A stretch of 64,000 bases of DNA from NCBI GenBank assembly GCA_001643675.2, contig LSRY02000028.1:744001-808000 (forward strand), in the 5' to 3' direction. The notes below the pieces were generated by a model. It worked only from the letters and a program-made list of their open reading frames with translations. It had not been told where the DNA came from and did no database searches. The position numbers and the translations under genes are program-made. Source of the DNA: Monocercomonoides exilis PA203. Taxonomy: Eukaryota > Protista > Preaxostyla. Every line of letters begins with the position of its first letter. Within the stretch, counting starts at the first letter, position 1. Shown piece by piece: positions 36,015 to 48,364 of this stretch.

Positions 36015-39000
36015 ATGGTATCACTTCGAAGCATTTCAATAAAGCAAATTACAATTGATGACTACGTCGGATTTCCTGGTTTGTTATTCATTTTTTCGTA
36101 TAAAAACATGCATGCTATTAAACAATTCATTCTCTCATCGTAGATAAAGATGTTTACACAATTGAGATTTGCTCATTGGGATTGTCAATTCAAGAAAGAG
36201 AAGTCACGAAGGAAACTAGTATTAAGTACAAAGAACCCAGAGAACTTCCATTTGATACGGACCCAGATTTTCCGTTAGAAGTTAAAATTTGGAACGAAAG
36301 AACAAACAGCATCATTGGAACTCCAATTCGACTTACATATGAATACATGCTATTTTGCAATACTTCCGTAACCATCCCGCTCACGAGCCTTGGAGCAGGA
36401 CTTACAATCAACTTTACTATTCAAAAGCCAACAGAAAAATGTATTATTGATGTGTGCATTGTTTTCTCAAAAGTATTTTTTATTTATTTAAAAATTTTTG
36501 ACAAATTAAAAGAATCTTGTAATTGCTCCAGTTGCCATGGGAAAAGAAGTTGAAATGACTGCAATGCCGCAAACAAATACTCAACAGCAGGTCAATGATA
36601 GCCTTAAACAGAGAATTCGTGAAAAGCATGCTGAATGGGAAGAAAAGCAACGTACGATGAAGGTTTCAAACGTTGAACATCTATATCGGCTGTTTTCATC
36701 AGCAGAACCAGCACACATTCTTCCAGTTTCTGCGATGATCCGGATGAGTGATGGGTGTGTAGGAAAGTCGCTGCAAGGGATGATTGAATGGAGCGGGTTG
36801 AGTGTCCGCGGAGAAGGGCAAGGTGTGAAACCGAGTATTGTCACAGCGCCATTTGTTGAAAAAGACTGGGGTGGTGATCGGCTCACGCAAGATGCAGAAG
36901 ACGAAGACGGATGGCAGATGTTCGACCCCGAAAACGAAGAGAGCGAAGGAGACGAGAACGAAGAAGGGAAGGATTCAGACGACAACAAAGAGGAAAACAA
37001 GCTTGATGACACCAAGCGGAACAAGAGAAAAGGAGTGGACGAGCTGGGAATCGACAGCATGACCGACGACGAAGAGGACTCGGAGCGGTCGAGCGACTCG
37101 GACGACGACGAGATGGAAGGCGGACTTGTTCCGCGGGGAATGGGAGGAGGGATTGGGGGCACCTCATTTGGCGATATCGATGGGCTGCTGTCGATTGGGC
37201 TGCGTGTGTGGATGGTGAAGAGCGGGGTGAGGGGCAAAGCAGGAGACGTGGGCGTGTCGGAGGTGTTTGTGTCAGATGCTGCCCTGACGCGGATGGTGGA
37301 GAACACCCGCGAGCAGATCTGGGTGGGGCTGTTCAGCAAAGGCGAGTGCTTCATCCTGAAGCGGACGGAGGTGCTTCTGGTGCCTGCGTCGGCTGATTCA
37401 GAGGGCACGCATTCAGCGATGATGCGGGTGATGAAGAGCAAAGGGAAGAAGAAGCGTGGAGACGACGAAGAGGACGAGCGGATGGACTTGGAGGAGGCGA
37501 ACATGAGAGGAAGAGACGGATTCAGAGAGCTTTTGGAGTGCAGCATGTCGAGCGATGGGTTGGAGGTGATGAGCAAAGTGAAAGGGGAGCGAGCAGAGAA
37601 GATGCAGGCGTTCTGCAACAGACGGTGCCTGCTGTCTGCAATCGATGAGGATGCGTTGGAGGAGGAAGGCAGAGACAAAGAAAGAACAGCCGGGAGCGAA
37701 GAGCTGTCTGTTGTGAAGCGGAAGGGGAAGCGGAGCCGGGGTCTGGATGAAGTGTGTGTGTGCAGACTGAGTGGAGCAGGAGACACGCTGAATGGAGTGA
37801 CACTTGGCGTCCATTCACGCATCCACTTTTGGGTGGGCACATCTCAACAGGAGAGTCTGGGCGTGATGGGCGCAGACGCCTCGACAGCCCTGGCAAATGA
37901 CCTTGGTGGTGGTGTAGATGATCCCTTCAGAGAGAACCAAGGAAGTGAGTCATCTCTCTTCCACTCGCTGTTCGGGCTCCCTGCACAGCCAGCACCGTCA
38001 CTCGCGCAGCTGAAGGAGATGGATGTGATCGGCTCGTCAGCCCCTGCTCCTTCTCTTTCTTCTTCTCGCTCGTCGCGTTCTGTCCCATCGACTGTGCCTT
38101 CTGTTGCGGACACGCTTCCGTCGTCCATTCGCGACCTGATCAGCTCGCATGCAGGGCTGCCTGCGCTGTTTGCGATCCAAGGGCAGTCAGTTGTGGAGGT
38201 GTCGCCAGAGGTGTCTTCAGTGGCGTATGGGGCGAACTATGTGCTTGTGACAACTCCGCCGGTGCGGGTGATTGTGGCGCTGCTGTGGACGATGGAGGAC
38301 GAGGCGAGGTATATGGACACTTTGTGTGCGATGGAGAAGAAGACGACGAGGAAGCTGAAGAAGGCGTGGAAGAAGCAGAGGCTGGAGGAGAAGAAGCTGA
38401 AGAAGCAGAAGAAATTGAAGAAGAAAGGGAAGAAAGGGAAAGGGAAGAAAGAAGGAGAGGAAGGAGAGGACGAGAAGAAAGACGAAGATAAAGGCGATTC
38501 AGATGCAGAAGAAGAATCAGATGGAAGCAGCAGCAGCAACAGCGATGATGATGATGACGACGAGGAAGAATCAGAAGAGTCAGAAGACAGCGAAGAGGAG
38601 GAGAAGAAAGAAGAGGAAGGGAAGAAGATGCTGTGGAATGAGGCGAAGATGGTGCATGCGCCAGGGACGATGCATCCGAAGATGACAACACCAGCGTTTG
38701 CAGGGCACACCTTCAACACGACCTCAGAAGCAGCCATCTTTCTGTACAACGAAATCACAAAGAGGACAATAGAGACGATGGATGCTGTGCGCTCGCAGGT
38801 TCCGTCTTCTCGTGATGATGACAGCGAAATGCTTGCATTCTTCCTGTCTTCTTCTGCCTCTTTCTCTCTTGCCTCCCTTGTAGACATCACTCGCGACGCC
38901 ATCTCTGTCATCTGCTTCCCAACCCTGGCGACAGACCCAGTTGTGAACGAGTTCTGGGACAACCTCGGAGCCTCGACTGTTCCCCAATCCATTCCACACA

Positions 39001-40736
39001 CCCTTCCCAACGGTGCTCTCCCGCTCCAGAAGAACCTCAGAGCATACCTGCTGAAGCAGCAGAAGAACATCTCTGCTTCTTCGGGTGGTTCCTCTTCTGG
39101 CGGATCGTCTGTTGCAGCAGGCGCGTCTCAGTCTGCAGTGTCTTCGTCTTCGTCTGTCGGTCCGGGTTCTTCGGCCGTACAGTCTTCAGCTTCATCTGCT
39201 TCTGCTTCTGTTTCAATTGCTTCATCGTCGTCATCATCATCTTCTTCATCAACAACTTCTGATATAACATCTTCTTCTTCTTCTTCTGCTGCTGCTTCTT
39301 CCTCTTTGGCTGCTTCTGCTCCTGTTGCTGTGCAAGCACCTAATCATTTGCCTCGCTCAGGTGTCATCGGTGGCTTGCGTATCATCACCCTCACACCTTC
39401 TGGCTCATCCCCATCAGATTCATCTGCATCTTCATCCAATCCATCCACTCCTTCTGTCATTTCTTCTGCTGCTTCATCATCTTCCTCTTCTTCCTCCTCA
39501 TCTTCTTCCTCTTCTTCCTCTAAGAGCTTTGGATGTGTGATTCGTGAGCAGACTCTGGCAGATGTCTCAAAAGGGCTGTGCCTGTCGTGGCTGATGAACA
39601 AAGTTCCTCTGAATGGCGCAGTCATCGTGGCAATGGGCTGCCGGGTGTGGGTGGTGTATGGGAAAGAATGCAGCAAGGAGCTGAAGCAGCGTGCGAGGAG
39701 GAGGGCGAAGCGGATCAGGATCAGCCGGTTTGTGCTGTTCCCGTCGGTGGAGATGGTGGAGGCAGGGCTGAAGAAGATGAGGGAGGAGGAAGAGGCAGAG
39801 GAGAACGAGGATGAGACAGACAGCAGTGACGATGGGATGTCGCTGAAGGAGAGCGGGAAGGAGGAGTCGATTGATGCAGAGGAGCAAGGGGAGAAGAAGA
39901 AGGAAGGAGAGGATGAGGATACTGAGGGAGAAGAGAAGAAGAAGAAGGAGAAGAAAGATAAAAAGGACAAAAAGGAGAAGAAAAGGAGAAGTGGTGAAGG
40001 AGCATCAGCCAGTGTGCAGACAGAGGAAGAAGACGATGGTGATGATGAAGCAAATTCGACAGAGGAAGAGATGGATGCAGCAGCCGAAGATGCGCTGGCA
40101 GACATTTCGTCAGACTCAGAAAGCGGAGAGGAAGAGTTTGACATGGCAAAAGGTGCTCTTGGCGATGGAGACGAGGCAGCAGCAGCAGAAAAGAAGAAAG
40201 AAAGAAGAAGGCTGAGGCTGTCTCGGCAGAATGCGCTGCTTCCACCAGAAATTGTGAGAGGTGTGCTGGGCGAGCTGGATCAGGGCATTCTGAAGAAGAT
40301 GAAGGATTTGGAGTGGGAGAAAGAAGACAGAGGGGACGGCGGGGCGAAGCGGCGGAGGTCGAAAGAGGAGATTGAGCTGGCGAAGCAGCGTGTGATGTTT
40401 GAGGCGTTTGTGAGGGGACTGTCAAACTGCCATGTGTTTCTGAGAGTGCTCTTTGGGGAGACGCGCCGGGCGTCTGTGCTGGACTCGACACGCGACTGGA
40501 CAGACAAGGCAGCAGCGAGGGCGCTTTCTGTGAGGTTTTTGGGGGTGGGCACGCCAGCTGTGGCACTCCACGATGCGAATACAGTGTCAATGTCACTCAC
40601 AATGCTGCTGCCTCAGGCAACGCAGCATAGGAAGGACAGGGAGAAGGAGAAGAAGAAGGAGAAAAAGAAGGATAAGGAGAAGAAGAAGGATAAGGAAGAG
40701 AAGAAGGAGAAGAAGGAGAAAAAGAAAAAAAAGTAA
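36015..40736 (+). CDS. Large uncharacterised low-complexity protein (acidic, Ser and Lys tracts), possible C2-like beta domain at the N-terminus
   Basis: ATG 36015; introns at about 36079-36143 and 36452-36512 link ORF 36176-36553 to the 1399-aa ORF. The C2-like assignment is only a guess from the strand pattern (LEVKIWN). Confidence 0.75.
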
Positions 40737-41166
40737 AATAATAAAAAAAATCAATAAATAAAAAATATACACCTTTCCTTTTTAAAAAACTATTATATTT
40801 TTTTGTTTTTTTTTTTTTTCATTTTTTCAGTTGGCCTTCTTGGTCTGTGTTTCTTATTACGGTTGTTTGTATTGTGTGTATGATATTTTATTAATTGTAT
40901 TTGATATTACTTTTATTTCAGCATATCACCATTTTTTGGAAAATTTTCTTTGATGAATTATATTCTCTAAATTTAAAATTAATTGTGATATATAAGCAAA
41001 TGAAAAACTTTTGAATAATTTTTGAGTCCACTTGCATTTGATTGGTTATTGTTAAACAATGGTTGTTTTTTAAAAGATTGAAAAAGATAAACTTTTTAAA
41101 TAGAAATAAAGATGAAGTTATGTTCAAGATCATCGATTCGAAAGATCTTTTTTTATTAGCAATCAC

Positions 41167-41731
41167 ATGTCAAAAGGAATTCAAATACCACCAGAACAAT
41201 TTCAAGAAATACAGAAGCTTGGAATTCAAGTGTGCTTGGAAAACAATTCCTTTTAAGAAGGATCTTTTCTTTTTATTTAGATCAGTCAAATTAACATGGA
41301 AATAAACCAAACCGCAGCTAAACTGTGGTACCATGGAAAAGAAGTTAAAAAATCAAACATTGTTTTGAAGGAAATTTCACAAATTCCAGATGGAGTGACA
41401 ATGTATCGTGCTGTGGGAAGAATGTTTGTTTATTTTTAAAATTTGTCAATTTATAAATGACTAATATTTTATATTTTGATTTTCCATGTGATAGGTTTTT
41501 GCATACACCACAGAAACTTGTTAAAGAACAGTTAGAAAACAAGATTACAGAGGACGAAAAAGAAGTTAGCTCACTTGACGTATGCAACTATTTGTATTTT
41601 GTTTTTTACGTGCTTTTAATCTGCAATTATTCATATATTTATCATTTAAGCAAAAACAACAATATCTTACAAAACAAAAGACAGAAATGGAAAAAAGTTT
41701 GAGGGAGTTAGTTGCAATGATCACAAAGTAA
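41167..41731 (+). CDS. PFDN1: Prefoldin subunit 1 (beta-type), 4 exons
   Basis: Spliced translation MSKGIQIPPEQFQEIQKLGIQ|ISQINMEINQTAAKL...LKEISQIPDGVTMYRAVGRM|FLHTPQKLVKEQLENKITEDEKEVSSLD|QKQQYLTKQKTEMEKSLRELVAMITK*; Y..VGRMF hairpin between two coiled coils. Confidence 0.88.
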
Positions 41732-42377
41732 ATATTTTTGTTGTCTCTTGTAAACCTCATCTCAAAAAAGATAAAGTGAGCATCCTGTTTTCATAACATA
41801 TGATTTTATTGTTGTCAAAAGGCTCTTAGCACTTCACAATTTCTTCTTAACGACACAGTATTTTTTGAAAAATACATCTCACTTTCTAACGTCATATTCG
41901 TTCATAATACCAAATTTTCCTGCCAAATGATTATTTTTTTCCATGCAAAACATCATTTTAAACAGTTTTCTATTTTTTTCATTTTTAATGAAAGCCACGA
42001 ATGAATGAACATGGTTTGTTGCTCCAACACACAAATAAATTCATGAAAAATTGGACACCTGAATCATTTGCATTCAAATTGAACACACAATTCTCATAAT
42101 TATGAATAATAAAGTTACAAATAATCATATATCATTTATTTGACAGAAAAGGTGAAAAATAATCGAAAATTAGATTTTTGAATCATTCATTGTTAAGTTA
42201 AGAAGAGCAAGAAATATAAGTTTTGAAATGATCTTTGGATTTGACAAATAATGAATATGAAGTGATTGCAACACAGTTTTTTGATAAAATTTAACCAACT
42301 TTTACCAAATGCAAAGATTGATGATAAATAAATAAATGAAATGATATAATTAACTGCATTTTCAACGAGCATTCAAT

Positions 42378-42819
42378 TCATCTTCGTGAATAAGACGGAG
42401 GAAACTGACGAGGATATTGATATGGCGCCGGTTCTGAGTAATCTTTTCCTCCATTGTCTTCTCTCTGATCTTTATAATCTCTTGCATCTCTGTCACTCCT
42501 GAACATCCTGCGCTCTCTAAAGCCCCGAAATTCTCTTCCTTCTCTATCTTCTCCATATCCTCTCATATCTCTGCCTCCTTTGTCGCTTCTGCTGCTTCCT
42601 TCTTCTCTGTACTCAGCATCGCCTGGGCCATAGCTGATGTCCATCTTATCTCTTTCCTCGCTTCTGTCTCTTATGTCGCGTGCAAATATATCAGGACGAG
42701 TGGGTTTCTCAGAAGACGAAGAAAAGGCAGACAGAGAGGAAGGCGAAGCAAACGGGCGAGGCTGTCCAAATGAAGAGGGAATGGAATAGGAAGCAGATGA
42801 TGTCGATGAAAACGGAGGA

Positions 42820-42850
<31 letters not shown>

Positions 42851-45800
42851 AAGAAGAAGGAATTGTAGCTTGTTCGGTTGTTGATTTGGAGGACATAGTT
42901 GATGTGTTATCAGCAGCCGTAGAAGATGAAGAAGGAGCAGAAGTTGAAGAAGAAGAAGAACCTGTTGATGCACTTGTTGCCGGAGCAGATGAAGCAGCAG
43001 CAGTAGCAGCAGAGGCGGCAGCAGCAGAAGTCAGAGACGGCATCAGCATTGACTGAATAGCATCGTTCAGTTTGAGCGGGGCGTCAGTCACTTTTGTCTG
43101 CAGAGCACACAGCATCACCATCTCAGGCGACGGGAGGAAGCCTTTGTAGGACGAAAGAGGTGGGAGGACAGACAACAGACGCTGCGCAAAGAGAGGAAGA
43201 TGAGACGAGGAAAGAAGAGAGGCAGAGGTTGTTTTTGTGGGATTTGGCTGTGGGGGTGCTGAAGTTGAGGTTGTCGATGATGTTGAAGAAGAAGAAGAAG
43301 AAGTAGAAGAAGAGTTTTTAGAAATTTCTGTATCAGATGGAGAGAGAGATGATAAAGGTGAAGGTGAAGATGAAAGTGAAGACGATAAGCCAGGCAGTGA
43401 AGGACGCAAGGGATTCAGATGAGATGAAGTGCTGTCTTTGTGAGAGACATAGTAAGTGTATGACGGGAGCATCTGCAGCATGGACGATGGCACCGACTGC
43501 AGTGTTTGTGGCTGAGATAAAGCAGAAGACGGTGCAGGCGACGGCGGAAGCGGCTGAGGCGTGTAGAGAGAGACAGGGAAGAAGAGAGGAGGCTGAAGAG
43601 GATGCTGCTTGGTGATCTTGTTCTGGATGAGAGACAGCTGCAGAGCAGAGATCACTTCACGTGCTGTGAATGGCCTGTCTGGCGAAGGGCGACGGCCTAA
43701 CCGCAGAGGAGGTGGGGTGTGTGGATTGGACGATGAGGAGGAGGAGGAAGAAGAGGAAGAAGAACCCGACGAGTTTTTCTCGTGTCCGCTCAGAAGAGAA
43801 AGCTTTGTGCAGAGCAGACGCCGATCCAGCCGCTCTTTTCTGGCTTTGCTTTCGTCGTCGTTGCTGCCGTCGCGTTCGAGTTCCAGGCGCGCTCGCTTCA
43901 ATTCGGGGCTTTCGAGTTCTTTGAGGTCTGTTTGGAGTTAAAAAGGGGAATATGTTTCAATGATACACACAGAGAGATAGAAGAATATATTAATATTATT
44001 TATTTAAAAAGAAAAACAGAACAAAAAAATAAATATTTACCATTTTTACATAGAAACACAATAATAACACAATACCTACACCATCTGCCTGGAGTGTGGC
44101 GTCCAGCTGCTGGTACAAGACAGGGCGGTACACTGCCAGCGACGAAGGCAGCGGGTAGCTGTACGACTGCAGCTTGCGCTTCAGTTCCTGCGGTGTGGAA
44201 GAACAGACAGCAAACACAACAGACAGCGAAGACGACAGCGTTTCAGCGGTCGACGAAGAAAGCGGCGTCTTCCCAGGCGTCAGCTGGGCGAACGTGAGCA
44301 GGTCTCCTTCTTCGCACCTGCTGTCTTCAGCCAGCTTTTGCTCAGCTGACACTCCACTCGAAGACACAGACGAGGAAGAAGTAGAAGAAGCAGTCGAGGC
44401 GCCTCTTTTCAGCTCTCTTTGAGTGTCCTTCGCTGCTCCTTCTGTTCTGTTTTCGTCGCCTCCTTTCCGCCCACCCCCAGAAACACTGCTGCCAACACCT
44501 GCATTTCCTGCTTCTTCTGAACAAACAGAAATAACTGGGCGCAAAATCCCGTCTTTTCCTATCAAAAGCTTTCCTTGCTTGGCCTTTCGGTAGTTCTCTT
44601 CTGCTGCTTCTTCGTCGATGCTGCACTGCCACTCATTTGTCTTCCTCTCATTTTGCCTCCGCCTCTTCATCTGCTCCTCAAACTCAACATCCCAGTCCCA
44701 TTTTATATCCTCTTCGTCTTCTTTGCCGCCTCTTTGATTCTGCTGCTTCTGCTTCATAAACTGGTCTTTTTCTTTCCCTTCTCTATCTCTTTCCTTCTCT
44801 CTCGCTTTCTCTCTCTTCTCCCTCCTCTTCTCTTTCATCTTCATCATTTCCGCTGCTCTTTCCTCGTCTGTCAAAATTATCCCACCAACACCCCCTGCCC
44901 TTCTGTTCTCTGCACTTTCTCCCAGATCTGCTATCCCTCCTTCGCTATCGTCCTCCTCGTTGCCATACTCCTCCATGTCTTCCTCTTCATACCCTGCTTT
45001 CTCTTTATTCCTGCCTCCTCCTCCTCCTCCTCCTCCACTGCCTCCTCCTCCTGCATTGCTGTCCTCCTCCTCTTCTGCTGTCTTCTTCTGCCGCTGCCTC
45101 ACCTCCATCGACACAAACTCCTCGTCGCTGCACGGGGACAGCCCCATGAACTGGTATCTTTGCACCAGCCTGCGCCCAAGCGGAATCGACAACGGATAAG
45201 ATGACGTAGCCAGCGACTCAGACATCACACGATCCACAAACTTCTGCTCCTTCCCACCCTTCCTGCCTCCCCTCCGCTCTCCCCGCAGCCCAAACATATC
45301 GTCCTCGTCTCCGACGTTGTCTGCATTCAGATCATCGTCTCCTCCCCGCGCCTCGTCGTCGCTCTCATCCCCCATGCCCAGGCGCTCGCTCGCCAGCTGC
45401 TCCTCAGCCAGCATGTCCAGCCCGCCTTGCCCGCCGTCCTCCAAATACGCTCCGCTCGCAACGCCTCCCACCGCCACAGCCATCCGCTGCTCCAGCACCT
45501 TCATCCTTTCGATGCTCCCCAGCCGCTTCTCCATCTGCAGATACTCGCTCCACACACTCGCTATTTCTCTCTCGTTCAGCACACTCAGCTTGCTGTCTGG
45601 CTGTTTTTGCTCTGAAGCTGAAGCAGATGTTGCGAATGCTGCCAGCGAAGAAGGTAAATATGAAGAGGAAGCCATCGATAAATCATTTGAGCTCATTCCC
45701 TTTGCCAATTCATCAGCCATCGATGCAATGCCAGCTGCGGCTGTATCTTCAATATCCATTTTTGATGAGTCTTGCACAATATCTCCATCATTAGCTTTCT

Positions 45801-47391
45801 TCATCTGCTTGTCATCCTCATATCCATCTTTCTCGTCGCTGTAGATAATTCCTGTTCGCAGTGAATCAGCAGCGTAGTCAGTCTTTTCTGCTCTTCCTCC
45901 GTCCAGCTCGTGCCGCTGGCTAAGAAACGCCTCAAACACACGCCTTGCCTCGTCGTGCCTGCCTAGCTGCGTCGACAAAAACGAGGCATGACGTATCACA
46001 TAAGCAGGGTTTGAGTAGTGGAACACTTCCAACTCTCCGAACTCGAACAGGGCTTGCGCCGTGCGCTTGGACTTGTTCTGGAACAGCTCGATTTCGATGG
46101 CCGACAAGAGCAGATACAAAATAGGATGTTCGGAGCTGCTGATTGCCAAGCAGCTGAATTCCTCCTCTTTCGCCCCGTTGAAGTACTTCCTGCCTGTGAC
46201 AGCAAGAAGAACACGCAGAGAGTTCAAAAACACACTTCTGGCTGCATTCATCCCTTCTGTCCGGCGCACAAAGCGCTGCAGCTGGATGAATGAAAGCGTG
46301 AGGCTTTTGAGAGCCTGCAGCGAATGCGGTTTCTCTTGACATTGCTGCACCAGACGCGAGACAAGATGCAGGAGGACACCACCGGATAATCTAACATGAC
46401 CCGTATTTTCCAATGCTTCTGAATGCGCAAACGAAATAAGAAGATTCATTGGTAGCGCTTCAGTAGCTGATAAAAACACTTCATTTGCAGATTCATTCAA
46501 ACCATTTCTGATTAGAAATTCTGCATATTGAAGCCAGATAGATGGATAAAAATATAGAGGATGTAGAGCAGATCGAAAAGCAAACGAAGTACGGCAAATT
46601 TCAGTGGGTAAGTCAAAAGAATTTATATTTGCTTCCTCAAACGACAACAGGCGCCTCCAAAAAAAATATTGTTCCTTTTCTTTGAGGGTATTACATGGCT
46701 TTTCTGGAATTATTATTTCTTCTATGTCGTGCATAAATGTTAGCATTTGATGTAAATGCTTCAGCGCATTTGTATAGAAAGCTGTTCCTTTAAATATATG
46801 AGCTTTTGCACAAGAACTATCTGTTTCTCTTTCCCAATCTTCGTATTGAGATTTAATCTTTTCAAGCCCAAGCATCGGAGACATAAGTGCACGATGATAC
46901 ACATCTCTTAATTGCTGAACTAGGTCAGGATTCTCATGTGCTTTTTCTTTCAAAAAAGTGATGTATCTTTTCCAAATTGGCATTGAATAAACGCTACTGC
47001 TAATTTTTTGTATCACATCTTCGTACAATGAAATAACTTGATTAGTATTAAAGTTCTTTTCATTCTCAAAAAATTGAATAAAACTTTCATAAAGAAAAAC
47101 AGAGGTTGTTGATTTTAAGCTTGACTTTAAAAGTTTCTCAACTAATTCGATTTTCCCTTCGCTCGACTCAAGATCAATCAAACTTTTTCGAACGCATGCA
47201 CATGATGGATAGAATTGTAAAAAATAACGGTAGAAAGACCTTAAGAAATTAATAAAACGTGGATCAATATCTGTAAAATCATGAAGCAAAAAACTCCATG
47301 CTTCGTTATCATAGATGTTTTTTTTAATGGAATCTTCAACGATTCTAAGTGGAATAGATGCGTTAATATCGGTTAATAATTCATTATTCAT
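42378..47391 (-). CDS. CSTF3: Cleavage stimulation factor 77-kDa subunit / Rna14 (HAT repeats, Suf-like) with long low-complexity insertions
   Basis: N-terminal HAT pattern (YDNEAW..L, FLQFYPS, IWKRYITFLK, LRDVYHRALMSPM, WRRLLSFEEAN, LYFYPSIWLQYAEFL). Intron 44075-43928 joins ORFs 43996-47391 and 42378-43901 in frame. Confidence 0.82.
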
Positions 47392-48364
47392 AGAAATATT
47401 GATTTCTTAATGAAAATATTTATATTATGGCAAAGTTAACTTCAGATAATTATCTTTATTGTGTGCAAGCAATTTATATGAATGAAGTCACTCCAAAAAT
47501 TAATGTTTTTGTTTTATGCTCAATTTCCACAAAAAAATTAATTTTGGTTATGATCAATAGAAGAAGATGATATTGAAAATCTATCTTTTTCAAATCTGCC
47601 ATTGATAAAGGAGCTCAATGCGCATATATACAGTAGAGGAGTTTTATATTTCATAAGAATGCTATCGCTTATTGAAAGAATTGAGCTTACTAAGCTTAAA
47701 AATGAATTTAACATATCAAAATAGTTTCATCATGAATTATTTTCAATTTTCAAATTGATAATTTTACCAACTTTTTTGTATTTTTTCTTTTTTTCAAATT
47801 GAATCGATTTGTTGTATTCTTGATAAATAAATAGAATTTCTTTTTCTTTTCATTTTTTGTTTGCTTTGATTGATGTTTTAAAAAACTCTTGTTGAAAATG
47901 AAATTCGCATACCCCTTTGTACACATTTAAAAATCCCAGAAATTCAATTTGTTACATTCATTTAGTCATTATTTCAGCGTAATGATGTGAAATAATTAAG
48001 CTTTAAACGGTCATTTCTCAATATCAAAAAGAAACGCACAATAATTTTAAATAGTGATATAAAATAATAATGATGAAAAATATAACTTTAAAATACAGGG
48101 TATAACTGAATGATTAAAATAGTGGATTACAAAGAATGCGAATAAATAAAAAATGAATCAAATCGACTGTGTTTTTTGTTCATTCGCAAAAACAATAAAC
48201 GCAATGATAATTATAATTATAATAATAAACTATGTTGAAATAGTTTATTGGGTTTAACTTTCGAAAATAAAAGATAAAACAGATTTATTCAATAAAAAAT
48301 CCATAATAATTTTAAAAAGTGATTCAAATGTTCTTGTTTGAATCATCAGAAGATATTTAAACTT

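Noticed and set aside
36581-46430. Numerous antisense and alternate-frame ORFs over the large genes
   Set aside because: Shadow ORFs of low-complexity, GC-richer coding sequence with no independent protein features.
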